A stretch of 32,000 bases of DNA from positions 30,001-62,000 of the forward strand of contig NZ_VMQO03000002.1 of the NCBI RefSeq assembly GCF_009805595.3. Reading direction: 5' to 3'. Numbering within the stretch: the first letter of the stretch is position 1; every line of letters starts with the position of its first letter. Origin of the DNA: Candidatus Tremblayella phenacoccinincola (GTDB taxonomy: Bacteria; Pseudomonadota; Gammaproteobacteria; Burkholderiales; Burkholderiaceae). Below, in pieces: positions 1-7,212 of this stretch. Made by a program: the position numbers and the translations under genes. The notes beneath the pieces are model-generated. The model worked only from the letters and a program-made list of their open reading frames with translations. It was not told the origin of the DNA and made no database searches.

Positions 1-801
1 CTAATTAAAGGCTTATTTCTTGCTGGTCAAGTTAATGGTAGCACGGGTTACGAAGAAGCAGCAGGTCAAGGAATTATAGCAGGAATAAATGCTGCCAGAA
101 TGTGCTTTAATAAAGAAGCTTGGACACCTCGACGAGATCAAGCTTATTTAGGAGTATTATTAGATGACTTATGCACACAGGGAGTTGAAGAACCATATAG
201 AATATTTACTTCAAGGGCAGAATATAGACTAATATTACGAGAAGATAATGCAGACCTCAGGCTAACTGAAATAGGTCGGAAGCTAGGATTAATTAGTGAG
301 TCACATTGGAAAAGCTTTTGCGCAAAGGTTAATAATATAGAAGCTATACACCAAAAGCTAAAAGAAGCTTTCATCTATCCAAATACAAAAGCTAGTAACT
401 ATATAAATAAGCTTTTAGTAAACCCATTATTAAAAGAAACAAACTGTAAATGCTTACTAAAAAGACCAGCTATAAACTATAATATATTATTAACTTCAAA
501 AGGGTTTCCATATTTTGATGCAAAAGCTTTTAAAGAAGCTGAAATACAAATCAAATACTCTGGCTATATTGTACGTCAATATGAAGATGTTAAACGTAAC
601 ATAAGTAATGAACTAATAAAAGTACCTTATAATATTGAATATAATAATATCTCTGGTTTATCTAATGAAGTTACTGAAAAGCTAAAAAAGCATCACCCAT
701 CAACTATTGGCCAAGCTTCAAGAATAGCTGGCATTACACCTGTTGCCATTTCTATGCTTTTAATTTGGTTAAGGAAGAGCAATATGTTAAAACTACACTA
801 A
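1..801 (+). CDS. mnmG: tRNA uridine 5-carboxymethylaminomethyl modification enzyme MnmG (GidA), C-terminal 266 codons; 5' end outside window
   Basis: Frame 1 is open from base 1 (LIKGLFLAGQVNGSTGYEEAAGQG...) and runs into ORF 100..801. Motifs QAYLGVLLDDLCTQG, EPYRIFTSRAEYRLILREDNADLRLTEIGR, SGLSNEV and IGQASRIAGITP match MnmG; the DDLCT wording is as I recall for E. coli. Confidence 0.95.
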   Translation, partial: LIKGLFLAGQVNGSTGYEEAAGQGIIAGINAARMCFNKEAWTPRRDQAYLGVLLDDLCTQGVEEPYRIFTSRAEYRLILREDNADLRLTEIGRKLGLISESHWKSFCAKVNNIEAIHQKLKEAFIYPNTKASNYINKLLVNPLLKETNCKCLLKRPAINYNILLTSKGFPYFDAKAFKEAEIQIKYSGYIVRQYEDVKRNISNELIKVPYNIEYNNISGLSNEVTEKLKKHHPSTIGQASRIAGITPVAISMLLIWLRKSNMLKLH

Positions 802-851
802 TAATTAGAATTCATGAAGCATGTTGTTAAAGGCTGTCTAAGGTTCTTTTA

Positions 852-860
852 TGTTATAAT
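852..860 (+). promoter_or_regulatory. candidate extended -10 element (TGTTATAAT) 33 nt upstream of rlmE
   Basis: tgttataat read directly at 852-860, with no convincing -35. TATAAT-like strings are common by chance in DNA this AT-rich. Confidence 0.2.
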
Positions 861-892
861 GCTGCTTTTATAAGACCTATATAATAATACAT

Positions 893-1498
893 ATGAAACA
901 CCTAATTAAGACAAATAAAAGCATTGATTACTACACATTAAAAACAAATAAATTGGGTCTTCGTTCACGTGCTTGGTTTAAAATAGATGAAATACAAAAA
1001 GCTGTTAACTTATTAAAGCCAGGAATGTCAGTAGTTGAGCTTGGTTCAAACCCGGGTGGGTGGTCAGAATACGTCTTAGATAAAATAGGAAAACAAGGTT
1101 CAATCATAGCCTGTGATATTCTACCTATGAATAAACTAAAAGGAACATATTTTATACAAGGTAACTGCTTTGCTAAAAATACTCTAGAAATGCTATACCT
1201 AAAAACAAAAGGTTCCAAAGTTAATGTTATATTATCAGATATGGCTCCAGCTATTACGGGCATCTCTTCTATTGATATTCCTAACTCTATAGAACTTATA
1301 AAGCTATCTCTAAAAATATGTTTAGCTATTCTAAAACCAGGAGGTAGTCTTCTAGTAAAAGCTTTTCAAGGAGAAAGGTTTGCTAGTCTATATAATAAGC
1401 TAAGAACTATATTTAATAAGGTTAAGCTATGTAAACCAAAGGCTTCTCATTATTATTCAAGAGAGGTTTATGTTGTAGCTAAAGGACTAGCTGTATAG
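893..1498 (+). CDS. rlmE: 23S rRNA 2'-O-ribose U2552 methyltransferase RlmE (FtsJ)
   Basis: 201-aa ORF. GLRSRAWFKIDEIQ, KPGMSVVELGSNPGGWSEY, IIACDILPM, ILSDMAPAITG, LKPGGSLLVKAFQGE and SREVYVVAKG align along the whole length with E. coli RlmE as I recall it. Confidence 0.93.
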   Translation: MKHLIKTNKSIDYYTLKTNKLGLRSRAWFKIDEIQKAVNLLKPGMSVVELGSNPGGWSEYVLDKIGKQGSIIACDILPMNKLKGTYFIQGNCFAKNTLEMLYLKTKGSKVNVILSDMAPAITGISSIDIPNSIELIKLSLKICLAILKPGGSLLVKAFQGERFASLYNKLRTIFNKVKLCKPKASHYYSREVYVVAKGLAV

Positions 1499-1573
1499 GT
1501 TTATAGATACATTCTTTATTGTACTAAGGAACTGTTGTTAGAGACTCTAGAGGGAGAAGTACTTCTAGCATAT

Positions 1574-1656
1574 ACCGAGGTGGCGGAATAGGTAGTCGCG
1601 TTACTTTGAGGTGGTAATGCTTTATAAGCATACGGGTTCAAGCCCCGTCCTCGGTA
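1574..1656 (+). tRNA. leuU: tRNA-Leu (anticodon GAG), class II with long variable arm, no encoded CCA
   Basis: Hand fold: acceptor accgagg/cctcggt, D arm gcg..cgc, anticodon stem ttact/ggtaa with loop ttGAGgt, variable arm tgctttataagcat, T arm acggg-ttcaagc-cccgt, discriminator A. Very close to my memory of E. coli leuU. Followed by tta, not cca. Confidence 0.9.
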
Positions 1657-1684
1657 TTATATAATAAACATAATACACATCTAA

Positions 1685-1759
1685 AGCGGAGTGGAGCAGT
1701 TTTGGTAGCTCATCGGGCTCATAACCCGAAGGTCGTTGGTTCAACTCCAACCTCCGCAA
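1685..1759 (+). tRNA. metY: initiator tRNA-fMet (anticodon CAU), no encoded CCA
   Basis: agcggagtggagcag...tcgggctCATaacccgaaggtcgttggttcaactccaacctccgcaa. It has the three consecutive G:C pairs in the anticodon stem and an unpaired 1:72 position (A1 x A72), both typical of bacterial initiators. Near-identical core to E. coli tRNA-fMet. The metY symbol is only by position upstream of pnp. Confidence 0.9.
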
Positions 1760-1794
1760 CTACAGCTAACTTCCCTTCCTAGCTAGGAGCTCTT

Positions 1795-2003
1795 GGTTTA
1801 TTAGGAGAAGGTAGGAGAGGAGAGAGTTAACAGCTATAGCTATTAAAGAGCTTCTCTCTCCCCTCTCTTATATATACTTCTACTTCTAACTAACCTTCTC
1901 CTCTTCTCTCCTTTCCCTTTCCTTATTCTTATCCACCTTTCTCCTCTCCTTTCTCCCCCCAGGCTTCCCCCTCAACACATCCAAACATTCCTCTCCTTTC
2001 ATA
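1795..2003. repeat. C/T-rich low-complexity element, copy A
   Basis: A short purine arm (1803-1826, aggagaaggtaggagaggagagag) is followed by a ~150-nt polypyrimidine tract on the + strand (1851-2000) containing only about two G. Modules: tatatatac 1869-1877, ctaactaac 1886-1894, ccccccag 1955-1962, caacacatcc 1973-1982. Its composition contrasts sharply with the ~25% GC flanks. Confidence 0.8.
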
Positions 2004-2289
2004 CCGCTAACTATAGTTCCAATAGCTACAGCAGCTATAATAGATTCTAGAGACAGTATGTATGGTAGTTTAACACATATTAGGTTTATAGTTCTAGAAG
2101 GCTAGGTATTTAGAACGCAATAAGCCTTTTGTCTTTATTACTGAACATATAGAAAGTAACCAACCTTTTGTTTCTATTGGATCTGTATCTTTTGAGGCTA
2201 TATAGCTATGGTTTAAGGACATATTAGCTTTAGGTTTATTTAGCATATAATATAATAACTATTAACTAAACTGCACTAAGGATATTATA

Positions 2290-4404
2290 TTGTTAAACCC
2301 AACAAAACATAGCTTTAAATATGGTAAACATACTGTAACTATCGAAACCGGTGTAATAGCTAGACAGGCAGATACTTCAGCATTAGTTAATATGAACGAA
2401 ACAATCGTTTTAGTAACTGCTGTATATTCTAAACAAATAAAGCAACCTCAGGCTCTCTTTCCTTTAACTGTGAACTATCAAGAGCGAACATATGCAGCTG
2501 GTCGTATTCCAAGTGGTTTTTATAGAAGAGAAGGACGTCCTAGTGAATCTGAAATACTAATATCTCGCTTAATAGATAGACCTATTCGTCCTTTATTTCC
2601 AGATAGCTTCCTAAATGAAGTTCAAATATTTGCTACAGTATTATCTTTAAACCCTCAAGTTACTACTGATATAGTATCTTTAATAGGTGTGTCAGTAGTT
2701 CTTAGCTTATCAGAACTTCCATTTAATGGACCATTTGGAGTTGCAAGAGTTTGCTATGTTAATGACAAATATCTATTAAGTTCTGATATTACTGGCCAAA
2801 CAGCAAGCAGCTTAGACTTAATAGTTGTTGGTAGTTCTAATTCAATACTTATGGTCGAATCTCAAACAAAGCTTTTAAATGAACAACAAGTACTAGAGGC
2901 TATTCTATTTGGTTACAAAGAACAGCAAAAAGTAGTTAATAATATTAACGAACTAACTAAAAGACCATGTAATAAAAGCTGTATTCATAAAAACTATAGT
3001 TCTAATATAGAATACATATTCCTAAAAGCTAAAGTAACAAAACTAGCAGAACCTCGCATATTTGAAGCTTATCAAAATACAAACAAGAAGGAACGCTTTT
3101 CTTCAATAGAACTAATTAAGCTTGATATCTTAAATAGTATAACTGACTCTAGAATACCTAGTATAATTCTTAGCTTAGAAAGGAATATTATGAGTAGCTA
3201 TCTCTTAAAAAAAGGAATACGTATTGACGGTCGTAATAAAAAAGCTATTCGTAATTTAAACATTCGTATTGGCTTTTTACCTAGGACGCATGGATCTGCT
3301 TTATTTACTAGAGGAGAGACTCAAGCTTTAGTTACCGTTACTTTAGGGAATCAACGAAATGCTCAAAATGTAGACGAACTAAAAGGCGAACGCATAGATC
3401 GATTTCTTTTTCATTATAACTTTCCTCCGTTTTGTGTTGGAGAAGTTGGCATAATTGGTAGTCCAAAACGACGTGAGGTTGGTCATGGTTGGTTGGCAAA
3501 AAGGAGCTTACTACCTATTATACCTGAAGACAACATATTTCCATATACAGTTAGAATTGTATCAGAAATAACTGAGTCTAATGGGTCTTCTTCTATGGCT
3601 TCAGTATGCGGAGCATCCTTAGCTTTAATGGACGCAGGGGTTCCTATATGTTTTCCAATAGCTGGTATTTCTATAGGTCTAATAAAAGAAACCAATAACT
3701 ATTTATTACTCTCCGATATTATAGGTGATGAAGACCATTTAGGAGATATGGACTTAAAAGCTTCAGGTACAAAGGCTGGTATGACTGCTATTCAAATGGA
3801 TATAAAAATACAAGAGCCTGTATATAAAACCATTATAGACCTAGCCTTAAAACAAGCTAGATCTTCTATATATTTTATATTAGACATAATGAACAAATCT
3901 ATTAGCTCTTCTAGAAAAACTATAGGTAAATATGCTCCAAAGTTATACACAATCAATATAAGTCCTGATAAAATTAAAAGTGTTGTTGGAAAAGGAGGTT
4001 CAATAATAAAGTCTTTAATAGAAGAAACTAATACTAATATAGATATTTCAGATGCTGGCATGATTACTATATACTCTTCTAATGATAATATGGCGAACAT
4101 TGCCTTAAATAAAATAAAAGAAATTACTTCTGATATCAAAATAGGAAACACCTACTCAAGTAAAGTTATTCGTATTGTCGAGTTCGGAGTTTATGTTATA
4201 TATTGTGGTTATAAAGAAGGTTTAGTTCATATTTCACATATAGCTAATAGATATATATCTAAGGTTTCTGATCATTTAACCATAGGCCAAGAAGTACTAG
4301 TTAAAGTTCTAGACATAGATCGTTTTGGCAAAGTAAAGCTAAGCATAAAAGAAGCAAGTAACCCTGCAATAAGTAACATTTCTAATAAGCTTAAGCCTAA
4401 ATGA
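2290..4404 (+). CDS. pnp: polyribonucleotide nucleotidyltransferase (PNPase)
   Basis: 704-aa ORF starting at TTG. The N-terminus MLNPTKHSFKYGKHTVTIETGVIARQA...FPLTVNYQERTYAAGRIPSGFYRREGRPSE is close to E. coli PNPase. Two RNase PH-like halves, then KH (VVGKGGSIIKSLIEETN) and S1 (GLVHISHIANRYISKVSDHL..GQEVLVKVLDIDRFGKVKLS) domains. Stop is TGA. Confidence 0.97.
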   Translation: MLNPTKHSFKYGKHTVTIETGVIARQADTSALVNMNETIVLVTAVYSKQIKQPQALFPLTVNYQERTYAAGRIPSGFYRREGRPSESEILISRLIDRPIRPLFPDSFLNEVQIFATVLSLNPQVTTDIVSLIGVSVVLSLSELPFNGPFGVARVCYVNDKYLLSSDITGQTASSLDLIVVGSSNSILMVESQTKLLNEQQVLEAILFGYKEQQKVVNNINELTKRPCNKSCIHKNYSSNIEYIFLKAKVTKLAEPRIFEAYQNTNKKERFSSIELIKLDILNSITDSRIPSIILSLERNIMSSYLLKKGIRIDGRNKKAIRNLNIRIGFLPRTHGSALFTRGETQALVTVTLGNQRNAQNVDELKGERIDRFLFHYNFPPFCVGEVGIIGSPKRREVGHGWLAKRSLLPIIPEDNIFPYTVRIVSEITESNGSSSMASVCGASLALMDAGVPICFPIAGISIGLIKETNNYLLLSDIIGDEDHLGDMDLKASGTKAGMTAIQMDIKIQEPVYKTIIDLALKQARSSIYFILDIMNKSISSSRKTIGKYAPKLYTINISPDKIKSVVGKGGSIIKSLIEETNTNIDISDAGMITIYSSNDNMANIALNKIKEITSDIKIGNTYSSKVIRIVEFGVYVIYCGYKEGLVHISHIANRYISKVSDHLTIGQEVLVKVLDIDRFGKVKLSIKEASNPAISNISNKLKPK

Positions 4405-4432
4405 CGTTACAATAGGGGTTTCCTCAGAGTCT

Positions 4433-4515
4433 ACCGAAGTGGCGAAATGGGTAAACGCAGTTAACTCAAAGCTAACCACCTTGTAGGTTTATCGGTTCAA
4501 ATCCGATCTTCGGTA
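4433..4515 (+). tRNA. leuX: tRNA-Leu (anticodon CAA), class II, no encoded CCA
   Basis: accgaagtggcgaaatgggtaaacgcagttaaCTCAAAGctaac... Acceptor accgaag/cttcggt, anticodon loop ctCAAag, long variable arm, T arm atcgg-ttcaaat-ccgat, discriminator A. The 5' half is close to my memory of E. coli leuX. One A-C mismatch closes the anticodon stem. Confidence 0.85.
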
Positions 4516-4602
4516 GTTCTTAACATACACCCCCTATTGAATATACAATTGCTGTTAAATATAAAGACATTATAGAGAATACAAAAGCGAATAAACTCTC
4601 CT

Positions 4603-5184
4603 ATGAAATATAACATACTTCCTAAAAGCTACAATAAAGTTCATATCATTGGTGGAAAGCTTAAAAAAGCTAAACTAAATATAAGCAATGACTACAACTT
4701 AAGACCTACTTCTAATAGAGTTAGAAAAGCTATTTTTAGTTGGTTAGATCCCTTAGCAAAAGGTTATTATTGTTTAGACTGCTTTGCTGGAAGTGGTGTT
4801 TTAGGAATAGAAGCTATCTCAAGATATTCGTTAAATGTTACATTCTTGGAAATAAACAATAACTTCTTCAATAGTTTGATAAAAAACATAAATAGGCTAA
4901 AGCTAAATAATATAAGCTTAGTTAATATAAATGCTTTAGAATGGTTAAATAATATTAACAAACCTAAACCTTTTGATCTAGTTTTCATTGATCCTCCATT
5001 TTTCAGAGGAATGATAGCTAAAACCATAAACCTACTAGAAAGCCTTAATTACTTATCTCATAAGTCTATAATATACATAGAGTCTGAAATAGGTCAATCA
5101 AACTATAAAGTTCCCAAAAGCTGGTTAATATACAAAGCTAAAGACTCAAATAATCTATCATATAAACTGTATATAAGAAGCTAA
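4603..5184 (+). CDS. rsmD: 16S rRNA (guanine966-N2)-methyltransferase RsmD
   Basis: 193-aa ORF. IIGGKLKKAKL, LRPTSNRVRKAIFSWL, CLDCFAGSGVLGIEAISRY, FDLVFIDPPF and IIYIESE are collinear with E. coli RsmD (CLDCFAGSGALGLEALSRY, VFVDPPF, LIYVESE). Confidence 0.9.
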   Translation: MKYNILPKSYNKVHIIGGKLKKAKLNISNDYNLRPTSNRVRKAIFSWLDPLAKGYYCLDCFAGSGVLGIEAISRYSLNVTFLEINNNFFNSLIKNINRLKLNNISLVNINALEWLNNINKPKPFDLVFIDPPFFRGMIAKTINLLESLNYLSHKSIIYIESEIGQSNYKVPKSWLIYKAKDSNNLSYKLYIRS

Positions 5185-5211
5185 GGCTCCCGCATTCTGC
5201 TAGATTAGTGA

Positions 5212-5724
5212 CTACATTAAACAGCTAGTCTTATTCAATATTATATTATAGGGTTTTTTATTAACGTTAATTATCTTATTAAGCACCTTAAGATACAGCT
5301 TATTTCTTTCTTTTATTACAGAATCTAATATCTTATATAGGCTTATCCTAATAACTAATGTTAAAGGTCTTTGTTTAGCTACTACCCTTTTAGATTGTTC
5401 TTTAATACCTATCTTAACCCATAAGACAATATTAGAATCTAATAGGCTCTTACATATATCTATATGGACAACAGATCCACCTCCAGTAGCTAATATAATG
5501 TTAGTTTTTATTAGCATAGTTCCAATTAGGCTTTCTTCTTTTATTCTAAATGATAGTTCTCCCTCTAAATAATAAGTTAAGTCAATAGATGCTTTATATT
5601 TAGCTTCTACTTTTATATCTGAATCAATATAAAACAGGTTTAGATGTCTAGCTAAGAAGTTACCTATCGTAGTTTTTCCAGAACCCATTAAACCTACTAA
5701 AGCTATGCTTATTATTTCTTTCAT
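5212..5724 (-). CDS. aroK: shikimate kinase
   Basis: 170-aa ORF. It has the Walker A motif LVGLMGSGKTTIG, DSD, FR..E and ILATGGGSV, with the length of AroK. Confidence 0.88.
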   Translation of the reverse strand: MKEIISIALVGLMGSGKTTIGNFLARHLNLFYIDSDIKVEAKYKASIDLTYYLEGELSFRIKEESLIGTMLIKTNIILATGGGSVVHIDICKSLLDSNIVLWVKIGIKEQSKRVVAKQRPLTLVIRISLYKILDSVIKERNKLYLKVLNKIINVNKKPYNIILNKTSCLM

Positions 5725-5837
5725 TTAGCTATATAGTGTTTATCTAATAAAGAAGTCTAAAAGAGCTAAAGAAGCTAGTATTTAGGAACATTCTAGGTTT
5801 AACTACTAGCTACTCTACTTTTAAATGCTTTAGGTTT

Positions 5838-5858
5838 AGGTGAAGAGGAGAGGGAGAG
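5838..5858. repeat. short inverted copy of the C/T-rich element core (purine-rich on + strand)
   Basis: aggtgaagaggagagggagag followed by ttaggg. It parallels aggtaggagaggagagag-ttaac at 1809-1831. The reverse complement reads cctaactctccctctcctcttc, i.e. a CTAACT core plus a CT run as in copies A-C. The TAA of the core is the tsaB stop codon. Confidence 0.6.
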
Positions 5859-6587
5859 TTAGGGCCCTTTGTTCTTTGAGGTTAAAATATAACTAATACA
5901 ATATTCCTTCCTATAGATATCAAATACGTATTTTGGAGAAACTTGCTCAGATGATAGCTTTTCACCTTTGATAGCTTTATGAATACCTATTGGTAACATA
6001 CTTTTAGCTGTTAATAATATGGGCTTTTTTATAGTTATAGTTCTTAGTTCAAGGTTATCATCCAAATAAAACAATAAGTCAATATTACTAACTATTACAT
6101 ATTCTTTATATTGTTCTAGTTCTATAGATAGTTTCTTAAAGATGAGTCTAAGTCTATTTGGGTTAGTTCTTCTAAACCAGGTTATTAAACCAATATTGGG
6201 TTTATGGTAGTTTGTTAGATATGCTTCTTCATTAGCTTTTATAACTAATAGTATTTTGGGTTTAACAGAGAACCAGGGTTGAACAACAGCTTCTAATGTA
6301 GATATGTTAACTAAGGGTAGGTTTGTATAGATAGATAAGCCTTGAGATAAAGATATTCCTATCCGTATGCCAGTGTAGCTACCATAATTATTACTAAAAG
6401 AAAGGTATTTAATATCAGTTAATGAAAGGCCTACTTCTAACAAAGCGCTATCTATAATAGGTATAGCTAAATGAGGTTGTTTATATGGGGCTTTTGATAG
6501 GTATTCACTAATTATAACATTATTAATGGATAATGCGACAGAACAGAATATATTAGTTGTGTTAATAGCTAATAGACGTATATGCAA
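5859..6587 (-). CDS. tsaB: tRNA N6-threonylcarbamoyladenosine synthesis protein TsaB (YeaZ)
   Basis: 242-aa ORF. IRLLAINTT...CSVAL and GSYTGIRIGISLSQGLSIYTNLPLVNISTLEAV align with E. coli TsaB ([46 protein letters not shown]). The ORF-track start is a TTG, so the true start is uncertain. Confidence 0.82.
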   Translation of the reverse strand: MHIRLLAINTTNIFCSVALSINNVIISEYLSKAPYKQPHLAIPIIDSALLEVGLSLTDIKYLSFSNNYGSYTGIRIGISLSQGLSIYTNLPLVNISTLEAVVQPWFSVKPKILLVIKANEEAYLTNYHKPNIGLITWFRRTNPNRLRLIFKKLSIELEQYKEYVIVSNIDLLFYLDDNLELRTITIKKPILLTAKSMLPIGIHKAIKGEKLSSEQVSPKYVFDIYRKEYCISYILTSKNKGP

Positions 6588-6675
6588 GGGAGAAGAACCG
6601 TAAATACAGTTAAGTTAGTAGTTGGTTCTTGGTTCTGCTAATACTTTAGTATATGGTTTAGGTTAGACATAAGCT

Positions 6676-6912
6676 TTCCCCCCAGTTAAGACCAACACAT
6701 CATAACACAGATTCAAAGAGCTATCCTCTCCTTCCCCCATATATACCTACCGCATCTGTCTCATACTCTGGTTTTAATCCTTCAACAGCTTATTGATTAA
6801 CCGGACAACCAGTAGGTCTTTCCCCCTTTCTAGTTCATATTATTAACACTTCCTCCTTCTCCTTAAACACTAACTAACCCCCTCCCCCCCCCTTCCTTCC
6901 TTTCCTTTAGTC
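6676..6912. repeat. C/T-rich low-complexity element, copy B, filling the spacer at the compositional switch and running into the 3' end of rpsU
   Basis: Modules read directly: ccccccag 6678-6685, caacacatc 6693-6701, atatatac 6739-6746, ctaactaac 6870-6878, C9 homopolymer 6884-6892. The densest polypyrimidine part is 6851-6910. Confidence 0.8.
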
Positions 6913-7097
6913 TCAACCACCCTCCTGAAATACTTCTTTGCTGATGATGCTTTCTTTCTTTTCCGTTCAGAGGTTGGCTTTTCATAAAATAACCTAGAAC
7001 GCACTTCACTTAGTAAACCGCTACGCTCAACCATCCTCTTGAACCGACGTATGGCTATTTCAAATGGTTCGGCTTCTTTAATAAAAACAATACACAT
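6870..7097 (-). CDS. rpsU: 30S ribosomal protein S21 with an atypical Gly/Glu-rich C-terminal tail
   Basis: 75-aa [48 protein letters not shown] matches S21. AGGAG lies 5 nt upstream of the ATG (ctcct at 7103-7107). The last ~12 codons ([12 protein letters not shown]) are encoded by element copy B. Confidence 0.9.
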   Translation of the reverse strand: MCIVFIKEAEPFEIAIRRFKRMVERSGLLSEVRSRLFYEKPTSERKRKKASSAKKYFRRVVETKGKEGRGGEGVS

Positions 7098-7212
7098 AAA
7101 TTCTCCTATACTATACGGGGGTTCATGTTGATATCTTTATTTAAATACAGCTATTGGTAACAGGTAATTCTTGGTAAGATGAAGCTGTTGAACCGACAAA
7201 TAAGACAAGAGA

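Noticed and set aside
1929-1937. A DnaA-box-like TTATCCACC (8 of 9 to TTATCCACA) not far from mnmG/gidA, raising the idea of a replication origin.
   Set aside because: There is a single near-match and no cluster. It is embedded in the low-complexity C/T tract where such strings arise easily. It also lies downstream of mnmG, whereas the enterobacterial oriC is on the 5' side of gidA, outside this window.
1760-2289. Possible pseudogene remnants of rpsO, nusA or infB in the 530-nt metY-pnp spacer.
   Set aside because: I could not find any reading frame with recognisable S15, NusA or IF-2 motifs by eye, and the track has no ORF of 60 aa or more there. It needs a sensitive tblastn or HMM search before being claimed.
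5185-5211. The convergence point of + strand genes (1-5184) and - strand genes (5212-32000), considered as a replication terminus or bidirectional terminator.
   Set aside because: The 27-nt spacer has no hairpin or dif-like sequence that I can recognise. The C-over-G skew of the C/T tracts has the same sign on both sides of it. Gene orientation alone is insufficient.
7041-7195. A 10-bp direct repeat ttgaaccgac at 7041-7050 (inside rpsU) and 7186-7195 (upstream spacer), considered as a partial rpsU duplication.
   Set aside because: No similarity extends beyond the 10-mer on either side, so I cannot distinguish it from chance.
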